DNA from: a virus
Lineage: Duplodnaviria > Caudoviricetes
Virus record (IMG/VR): IMGVR_UViG_3300037524_000529
Coordinates: 1 to 29,862 of that record
DNA length: 29,862 bases
Direction: 5' to 3' (one strand)
In this document: one piece after another, positions 7,445-15,800 of the stretch
Layout of the letters: every line of letters begins with the position of its first letter
Position numbering within the stretch: the first letter of the stretch is position 1
Program-made: the position numbers and the translations under genes
Notes under the pieces: model-generated
Database searches by the model: none
Seen by the model: the letters and a program-made list of their open reading frames with translations, nothing else
Told to the model about the DNA's origin: nothing

Positions 7445-8521
7445 ATGTATTTGTCAGACGGGAGCATGATCCCATCGAATCTTACGGCTGATGTTCAGTA
7501 TGATGCAGCAGCCGATGTTCACAGTAACCATTCGCTAAAGAGTGGTATCGTGACCAAGATATACTATCCGGATGATCAAGGCAATATATCTAAACGTCAC
7601 TTAGAGTACGACGTGAACGTGGCGGAGTTCAAAGCGGCAGGCGGAGCTTCGGTTTTAACATATCGGAATTGCCGCCAAGTAGACGTGTTTGGGAATATCA
7701 ATGACCATTTAAACTACACCCTGGAGATATCCCAGAACGACAAAGAGAAGGATGGTGGCGCCAGAGTCCTCCTGTTATGCATAGACGGCATAAACGTCGG
7801 TGGGAACGCCGTCATCATCGGGGGTCTGACAGATCACAACCGAGAGGGCTACAAGAGGGCTGACGGGAAATTCTACGACTTCCAATTTAATGGACTTGAC
7901 ATAAATATAAATAAGGACGGGGAATACACCATAACCTATAACTCCCCAATAGATCTAGCCGGCAAGAAGGCTTTCCAATCTGCGGCTGGCTCCAAGATCA
8001 AGATCGACAAGGACGGCGGCATTACCCTGTCTACAAACGAAGGGCAGTTTCTAACTCTGAATAGGGCATCTAAGATCATCGAACTCGGAGACGGGAAGAA
8101 CTCTATAACGCTTGATAAGGGCAACGAGCAAATAGGGATATTCACTAGTGGAGATGCTTCGATTAGTGCCGATAAACAGTTATCCCTCTTCTCCAAGAAC
8201 TCCACTTCAATCGAGTCGTCTGCCGATATCTCGATCAAATCTGCCACTTCCGCGGCTTTACAGTCTGGTACATCAATGGATATAAAGGCCGGGACAACTT
8301 TGAATATTAAAGCTGGGGCTTCGGGTACGATTCAGGCCGGGCCGACTCTCACAGTAAAGAGCGACGGTATAACTACAGTGAAGGGGCAATTATTGATGCT
8401 GAATGAGGGTTCTGCGCCAATCGCTTTAGTCGGTATAAGCCAAGTGATAGGTCTAGGGAACCTTGGTGTCCCCGTAGTATCACAAATTATAACTGGGTCT
8501 ACGACCATATTGGGGAGTTAA
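7445..8521 (+). CDS. Baseplate central spike (gp5/gpV/VgrG-C-like): OB-fold + beta-helix + fused tip
   Basis: N-terminal GIVTKIYYPD...EYDV...GARVLLLCIDG...AVIIGGL (OB-fold-like). Then about 8-residue Ser/Ile/Gly repeats (STSIESSA DISIKSAT SAALQSGT SMDIKAGT TLNIKAGA) forming a beta-helix, ending in APIALVG...IITGSTTILGS. SD AGGAG upstream. Confidence 0.8.
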   Translation: MYLSDGSMIPSNLTADVQYDAAADVHSNHSLKSGIVTKIYYPDDQGNISKRHLEYDVNVAEFKAAGGASVLTYRNCRQVDVFGNINDHLNYTLEISQNDKEKDGGARVLLLCIDGINVGGNAVIIGGLTDHNREGYKRADGKFYDFQFNGLDININKDGEYTITYNSPIDLAGKKAFQSAAGSKIKIDKDGGITLSTNEGQFLTLNRASKIIELGDGKNSITLDKGNEQIGIFTSGDASISADKQLSLFSKNSTSIESSADISIKSATSAALQSGTSMDIKAGTTLNIKAGASGTIQAGPTLTVKSDGITTVKGQLLMLNEGSAPIALVGISQVIGLGNLGVPVVSQIITGSTTILGS

Positions 8522-8522
8522 A

Positions 8523-10058
8523 ATGCCTAGTTTTTCAAGCGATGACATTAAAAATATAACCCGACGGCAGATCAATATCGTCACCGAGAACCAGGGGTTT
8601 GATCTGACTATAGCCGGAATGAATGCCAATGCCGCTAAACTACTTGGCGTAGATAATGCCAATAAGGCATTCTGGGATGACTACCACTCCAAATGTACGT
8701 CATACGAGGTTGAATACCGACAGATCAACGGGCTTTATGCCCCTACCTACACCGAGACTGATATACAAGAGTCGGCCAAACGAAATTCCCTAACACCACC
8801 AAATATATTCTTCCCATTTACACCGTCTATTGCCTATAAACAATTCGCCCCGCTCGTAGACTATGACGGATGGGCAGTAAATCAAACTCGTGGCATATTT
8901 TTTTCAACTGGCCCAGATGCTCGATACGAGCTTAATATATTGACCAATCCGGTCGAGACGCTGTCGCTTTTTAAGATGATCGAGCGACTGCAAAATGGGA
9001 TCGGCGGCTCTGGCACTACGGCCACTACTGGTACTATAACTGCCGGATCTATGGCCGAGCAGACCCTTGTGTCCGCCGTATTACCGGCGATATCTGCCGG
9101 TATGCCTGCATATCTGTATGATGGAACTGCATCTGGACTATATAATGTGAATTCCATAACACTTGTGACCGGAACATTCCCGGCGCCAGACACATACTAT
9201 GTAAAAGTCCAAGCTCTGGTGCCAGTGTCCACTAGTGCTAGTGACCCTACTTTAGCTCAAGGGGTATCTGCGTTTACGACCAAAGAGTTGGAGGAGCTAA
9301 ATAGCGCTAACTATGACGAATATCTCGAAAATCTGGCTGGGCACATTGATGCGTTGGTTGCTGAATGGCAGGCCAAGCTATCTGACCAACAGACCCAATC
9401 TGGTGGTAATACAGACTCAAGATCGCCATTCAATGCGCAGAACTCAACTGCTGCGGCTAATACAGGATCTGCTCTCAGCACTATTGCAGCATTCCAGGCC
9501 TTGCCTCGGACTGGATCTGGGAACCGGTTCACCTCGCTGGGCCCAATCTCATCCCTGATATCTACGCGTTTAAGTCAAGCCCCGGCCAGAGAGGGTCAAA
9601 TACTGGCAGCCCTTGGTGGCTCTGCTGCGACAGCGCTGACTCAGCCTACAGGCGAAACATTCGCCGCCACTGATGTTACCAATCCGTACTATAAACGACA
9701 TATGTGGCTGGATAAGCGGATTAACGTGATGTATGGCAGCTATTCTAGATACCTGAGTTCTAATTCAGGAGCCGGCCATGTCCAGTCCCTCAAGGATGCG
9801 AACGTGGCGATAAAGGCCGAATATGATTCATATTTTAATACTAAGAAGGTTATAGCGAATGATGGTACTAACATAATTCAAGTGGCGAATCTGACCGGGC
9901 TGAATATTGGCGATACAATCAATATATTATCGGATTCTCAGCCAATCATATCGCGGACAATTCTAGCACTGCTGGGGACCACAAGCATCAAACTTAGCTC
10001 TGCAGTTCCGGCGGACTATAAAACAGACGATTTAGCCAGAATATACAAAGTGTTATAG
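8523..10058 (+). CDS. Putative baseplate-associated virion structural protein
   Basis: 511-aa ORF tightly packed between the spike and the wedge genes, with SD GGGGAG. Thr/Ala/Ser-rich. Its C-terminal beta domain resembles a domain in the next gene. Confidence 0.6.
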   Translation: MPSFSSDDIKNITRRQINIVTENQGFDLTIAGMNANAAKLLGVDNANKAFWDDYHSKCTSYEVEYRQINGLYAPTYTETDIQESAKRNSLTPPNIFFPFTPSIAYKQFAPLVDYDGWAVNQTRGIFFSTGPDARYELNILTNPVETLSLFKMIERLQNGIGGSGTTATTGTITAGSMAEQTLVSAVLPAISAGMPAYLYDGTASGLYNVNSITLVTGTFPAPDTYYVKVQALVPVSTSASDPTLAQGVSAFTTKELEELNSANYDEYLENLAGHIDALVAEWQAKLSDQQTQSGGNTDSRSPFNAQNSTAAANTGSALSTIAAFQALPRTGSGNRFTSLGPISSLISTRLSQAPAREGQILAALGGSAATALTQPTGETFAATDVTNPYYKRHMWLDKRINVMYGSYSRYLSSNSGAGHVQSLKDANVAIKAEYDSYFNTKKVIANDGTNIIQVANLTGLNIGDTINILSDSQPIISRTILALLGTTSIKLSSAVPADYKTDDLARIYKVL

Positions 10059-10066
10059 GAGATGGT

Positions 10067-12769
10067 ATGGCAAAAAATTTAGGATTATTGGATGTAATAC
10101 AGCAAGATTTAACTAAATCGTTGCTAACTGAAGGTAGTAAGATAAATGATAGGATCAACGCCATAGATGGAACGCCAGGATCAAGTCCAATTCCAGGAAA
10201 AGGACCTGCCTCTGCTAGGGGGCAAAAGAATACGATAGACTTAGACCTTAATCCGGTCAATGTCTCAGATAAGATTAAGAATCTCGAAACAGAATTAGCC
10301 GGTGGATACAAGACGTCCATTATGTCCAGAGGACTAAATATAGAGAGGATTGAGCCAACAGATTGGAGTAAGTCTTATCCATACGGACTTGCAATATTGA
10401 GAGTAGAGGCTGGGAGCGATGCATCTAATCCGTTATATTACGAAGTACTTTCACTAGCACTCTCGATATCACCTCAAGAATTAACTATAGCTGCGCCATA
10501 CGCCAATAATCTGACTATTACAAGTAGGGGTGTATTGGAGGAATATAACGGAGCGCCGATTCGTCAGATATCTTTTAGCGGCACCACAGGCATACTGACG
10601 CCAGACTTTCTAAGTCACGAGAGCGAAGGCGGGGTGGACAGCGATACTTCTGGTGGGCGTCGCGGATCTTACGACCCAAGTAACGCGAGTCAAACTGACG
10701 CTGGTACTGTATTCGGCACTACAATCTCGGCGTTTAATGAGCTGACTTCGTTGATGAACTATATCGGAAGCAATAATAACAATAGCTTCTCCACAAGTCA
10801 AAAGAGTTTAAATACTATAGATGCATCGCAGCAGGGTCGACAATCTGGTTATTATCGGTTGCACTTGTTAAGATCTTTGCTCGAATTATACAATGAAATA
10901 AAGAGGGGGAACCAGTCGAATTCTGGAAAATCCTACAGATTGGCATTTGTCAATAAGAAGGATAATGTCATCTATCTGATAACGCCCAAGAACTTTACAT
11001 ATCGAAGATCGGCATCATCTCCTATGGAATACACATATAGTTTCCAGGGTACAGCATGGGGCACACTATCAACTGACAGTGTAAAGATCATGAACAAGGC
11101 CTCTAATCCAAATGATACGCTCAAGAACGATATTGGCCAATGGCAAAGATTTACTAATATTGTGTCGACCTCTAGGGACATCATTCGGAGCTCGCTCGAT
11201 CTTGTTAAAGCTGCTAAAACCGATGTGGAAACAAGCATAATTGGCCCTTTGACAAACGTCATATTAATTGTGAAGGATGTTTATGATTTTCCAAAGAATA
11301 TAGTCGATATTGGCAAGTCATTTGAAAGGTCGCTGAAGAGTACGGCCTCTTTCTGGAATAGCGTTACGCTTAATGTGATGGGAATGAAGGACGCAATAGT
11401 GAATGATTCATCAAGTGCCGCGGACAAGAAAGTGAAATTAGATCTGATTGCAAGCATGTCCCAGCCCAGGCTTCAATCTGGAGCAATTCCCGGCCTGGAC
11501 TTATCAGCATTCAAATCGCCATCAGCAAAATCTACAGATAATGCTGCTAATGATAAAAAAGCAGACAGAATGGTCTATTCGGCTGGCAAGGCCGCATCGG
11601 TAAGTGGGCTAGAGCTGACATATTCACAACAACAGCTAGTAGCAGACACCATAGAAAATGCGTATGCTACTGAGGACAATGATATAATAGAATTAATAGA
11701 GAATATAGACCAATTGGCTGAAACTGTTGGGCCGATTGCTACGGAACAAGGGTCGGATAGTCCATATTGGAGCATATTGAATGCTTGCAATGACATAAAT
11801 ACCCAGATGTACAGTCTACTGTCTTCCGGCCTTCTAGCCCCTGAATCTCCGGCTGACTTGATCCAGCAATTCTATGTTAACACCGCTGCCGAAAACGGCA
11901 TTGACATAAGCTCCCATGGATATAAATTTGAAGTTCCATTCCCAGCTGGCACGAATCTTGAATGGCTAGCTCAGAACTATTTAGGCGATGCGGCTAGGTG
12001 GATGGAAATTGTGGCGGCTAATAACCTGAAGGCGCCATACATAGACGAAGCAGGATTCGTACTTCCGCTTTTAACCAACGCTAACGGTAGACAGTTCAGC
12101 GTCACGTCGATAGATAACCTGCAGCTCAATCAGATCGTTTACCTATATAGCGACACCGTGGCGGTTACTAAGCGCAAGATCCAGTCGATCAAAAAAGTCA
12201 CCCTCGGCAACTATATAATATCTGTCGACGGAGAGGCAGACCTAGACAAGTATAAGACGGCCAATAACGCCAAAATGAAGTCGTACCTACCAAATACAGT
12301 GAACAGTCAGATGACTATCTACATCCCGACTGATACGAGCACTTCGCTAAATTCCGTTGATTCTAAGCTCATTTCAGTGATTAATACGGATGAACAGCTG
12401 CTGGAAATGGCCTATATCGACTTCCAGCTCGATGCTGACGGAGACCTTGTGGTACAGCAGGACGGATTCACGAATATCGCATACGGGAAAGCGAACCTCA
12501 TCCAGGCACTGATCCTCAAGTTCAAGATCGCACTCGGCGAGCTCATGCTACACCCAGGATTCGGGGCTGGGATCGAGATCGGTAGTTCGGAGGCCGACGT
12601 AACCATCGATAATATAAAGAACTCCATCATATCCACCGTGACGGCTGACCCTCGGTTCAAATCAGTAGAATCCATGAATATTTACAGAGAATCAGGCGTC
12701 GTAGACATATCCTTAACCGTCCTCACTGCCAATGACGATATCCTGCCGTTATCATTTAGAATTAATTAG
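10067..12769 (+). CDS. Fused baseplate protein: tube-initiator-like domain + LysM-like domain + gp25/GPW-like sheath-initiator domain
   Basis: ISPQELTI...RQISFSGTTG...YLITPKNFTYRRSASSPMEYTYSF is tube-fold initiator-like. GTNLEWLAQNYLGDAARWMEIVAANNL is LysM-like. DFQLDADGDLV...GKANLIQAL...GELMLHPGFG...ADPRFKSV is gp25-like. Confidence 0.75.
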   Translation: MAKNLGLLDVIQQDLTKSLLTEGSKINDRINAIDGTPGSSPIPGKGPASARGQKNTIDLDLNPVNVSDKIKNLETELAGGYKTSIMSRGLNIERIEPTDWSKSYPYGLAILRVEAGSDASNPLYYEVLSLALSISPQELTIAAPYANNLTITSRGVLEEYNGAPIRQISFSGTTGILTPDFLSHESEGGVDSDTSGGRRGSYDPSNASQTDAGTVFGTTISAFNELTSLMNYIGSNNNNSFSTSQKSLNTIDASQQGRQSGYYRLHLLRSLLELYNEIKRGNQSNSGKSYRLAFVNKKDNVIYLITPKNFTYRRSASSPMEYTYSFQGTAWGTLSTDSVKIMNKASNPNDTLKNDIGQWQRFTNIVSTSRDIIRSSLDLVKAAKTDVETSIIGPLTNVILIVKDVYDFPKNIVDIGKSFERSLKSTASFWNSVTLNVMGMKDAIVNDSSSAADKKVKLDLIASMSQPRLQSGAIPGLDLSAFKSPSAKSTDNAANDKKADRMVYSAGKAASVSGLELTYSQQQLVADTIENAYATEDNDIIELIENIDQLAETVGPIATEQGSDSPYWSILNACNDINTQMYSLLSSGLLAPESPADLIQQFYVNTAAENGIDISSHGYKFEVPFPAGTNLEWLAQNYLGDAARWMEIVAANNLKAPYIDEAGFVLPLLTNANGRQFSVTSIDNLQLNQIVYLYSDTVAVTKRKIQSIKKVTLGNYIISVDGEADLDKYKTANNAKMKSYLPNTVNSQMTIYIPTDTSTSLNSVDSKLISVINTDEQLLEMAYIDFQLDADGDLVVQQDGFTNIAYGKANLIQALILKFKIALGELMLHPGFGAGIEIGSSEADVTIDNIKNSIISTVTADPRFKSVESMNIYRESGVVDISLTVLTANDDILPLSFRIN

Positions 12770-12792
12770 AGAAAATAAGGATTTAGCTCAGC

Positions 12793-12800
12793 ATCTTAAA
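12793..12800 (+). promoter_or_regulatory. Candidate late-promoter motif ATCTTAAA
   Basis: Lies in a 90-nt intergenic gap, 67 nt upstream of the ATG at 12860. An identical octamer is at 20730. Confidence 0.4.
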
Positions 12801-12859
12801 TGTATTAAACCCTCCCTCTCTACCTCCCTCCATTACCAATCCCTAAAGGAATAAAGAAT

Positions 12860-15800
12860 ATGGCGATACAGTTACGTTCGCTGTCTCAGATTATTAAAGA
12901 GATGGCACAAACAATAAAGAGTAAATCAGGGATCAACGACCTCGTCGAGGGGTCTGGAGCGCGTAGCTTGATCGAAGCTGCCGCCATGAGCGACTTTAAG
13001 AGCCAGAACGACATCATGAATGCCCTAAGCATCGTGGACATCGATAAATCCACCGGCCAAGACCTCGATAATATAGCCGCAAGCAGCGGTATCGCAAGGC
13101 CCCAAGCCACGGCATCTGTTGGGAATATCACCGTATATCGCGGTAATTTTGATAAAATCTCCTCAAAGATCTACCAGGGCACCCAAGCCCCGGCCTCTGG
13201 GTCAGTAACGATCAATATCGCCGACGGATCCACATTCCCGGCCTCTGGGGCTATCTACCTTGGGCGAGGCACAGATAACTATGAAGGGCCTCTCTCGTAT
13301 ACGTCAATTACCCTAGTTGGATCGTATTACCAGATGACGTTGACCACCCCAACTACAAAAAATCATAATATCGGCGAGTCAGTGATCCTGTCTCAAGGTG
13401 GCAACCAAATCATCAACGCTGGAGAGCTCGTTCAAACGGCGACTGGTGTTACTGGCGATCCCGTCACATACCGCGTAGTGAATACCGCTACAATCCTGGA
13501 CGGAGAGTCTGAAGTAACCGCCGTATCCGTAGTCTGCACCCAGGTGGGAACGATTGGGAACGTAGCGGCTGGCGCGATCGTAGAGTTCACTAGTGAGCCA
13601 TATCCCGGAATCAAGTGCACAAACCCCCTCGTTTTCGTGAGCGGCGCCGATATAATGTCGGATGCGGAATTCCGCGAATATATCAAACGCAGAGAGAAGA
13701 CGAGAGTGCGTGGCACAGATCTTGCAATCATCCAAGCATCGATCGGTGTAACCAGTGAAGACGATAACAAGACCGTCACCTCAGCCCAAATCCGTAAGCC
13801 GGCCAACAACGAAGAGCCCTCAGCTCTATTCATCGATGATTCGACTGGGTATAACCCGATATTTGCAGGTCAAGGGTTCGAGCAGATTGTTGACAATGCC
13901 AATGGCGGTGAATTATATTTCCAACTTCAAAAAGAAGATTTAACCAAAGCCCTACTCATCTCGGCCAATCAGGCCCCCTTCGCCATCAGTTCCGGGATGA
14001 CACTGTCCTTTTCCGTCGGCGGCGTGGTGACGACCCACCTCTTTAGTGCTGGAGACTTTGCCACTGAAGGGGCCGCCGACACCTTTGAAGTAATCAATTC
14101 GATCAATGATAGCCCAAATATAGGGTTTTCGGCAATTGGGTATAATAACAACAAGCAGATCGTGATCTTCGGCAGGGACTTCAAGAACGAAGAGATCCAG
14201 AACCGAGTCCCGACATTTGGCGTCGATGCGAATGATTTCATAAAGTTCTCTGATGATCTGGACTATACATTGAGGCTATACAAGAACGAGGAGCTGCTGT
14301 ATAAAGACGGTATCGTGCCTACTATATATTCTACTTCGCCCGCTGGCTGGGGTGCGATTGCTAACGGTGATGCTATTCAGCTATCAGTCGATGGGATCAG
14401 CCAGACAGTAACTTTTGTTGATGCTGATTTCCTACCTTATGGGTATCCCACAGTTAGCCAGTATAACAGCTTAGATTCTTGGGTTGGCGTATTCAATGAC
14501 AGAGTTCTTGGCATCACAGCGACATCCGAGGGCGGAAAAATAAAGATCGTGTCGAATCGTGGCGCTAACGATAGAGGCAGCTTGGAGATTACCGGCGGAG
14601 ACCTAGTATCGACGGGCTTAATGTTCACTGCTGGCGATTTCTCTCAAGGTGCCGCAAAAGACTATAGCCTAAATCGATCAACTGGCCAAATTCAGCTCGC
14701 CTCTCCACTTGCAGCTGGGGACGTTCTTACTGCAGGATCTCGGTATACTCAGGGATTTGTGGATAGCATCGACTTCCCAACTAGTTCGACATCGCTGTCA
14801 GCTGCACCAGCTGGCGAAATGTATTTTATCGTCGACTCCCCCGCTCAGAGAGTGAGCATCTCGCCTGTAGCCGGAGCATCCATATCAGTGACTAATCCAT
14901 CGACGAATGTCTGGAGATTCACTGGCGCGCCAAACGATTTTCTCAACGTTACAACAAGCTTCTTGGCTGCACCATGGCTTGTAGTCCCAAATAACGGCGT
15001 CTTCAGCGTCAACAATACAGGTAGCTGGAAAGTAATAGCCGTTGGGGCGTCTAAAGAATATATAGACGTATATAAAACTTCTGGTACCATAGAATCTGTT
15101 AACCTGGCAAGTAACGATGACATGGTAGTGACAAGCTCAACTGGCCTGGTATACAAAGCGCTGCTTCCGACTGGTACCGTACTACTCAGCGACATAGTGA
15201 CGTATCTCGATTCACAGGATCTGCCAATAAATGCAGCGATCATAAACGGCGTGGCCTTAAGACTGATGACAAAGACATTGGATCCAAACTCTGGAAGCAT
15301 CTACATTGCCGGGCAGAACATTACGGCCAAAACATTGGGATTTGATCTTGGCGTACTCCACACATCACGTGTGAGTCATATTGCACAGAACCGATCACAG
15401 CCGGATGGCCAGATGATTGAGTTCCAGCATGCGAAGATAGCTGCGGCTGATCTTACCTCTCCATACACAACAGTCACAGCTCCGACTGCATTTACTGTAC
15501 CAAAAGATCGATCCATCGCATTCCTAAACCCATACCAGACTGACTCAAACCAATACTCATCAAATAAGAACCTCATCCGCCCAATTGAGAATTATACCGG
15601 TGCAATAGCCACAATCGAGGATTCGCAACTGCTAGCGCCTATCAAGCTAAACGACAGATACTACATATCATGCCCGATTGATCTGACGACCAAGGATTCA
15701 TTGGCAGTTATCATGGATGGCAACCCAACTAGCAAGACATTCGATATTAAATTAGCTCGCCGCGGTGTCGTATACAACTCCTCTGGGACGACTACCTTTA

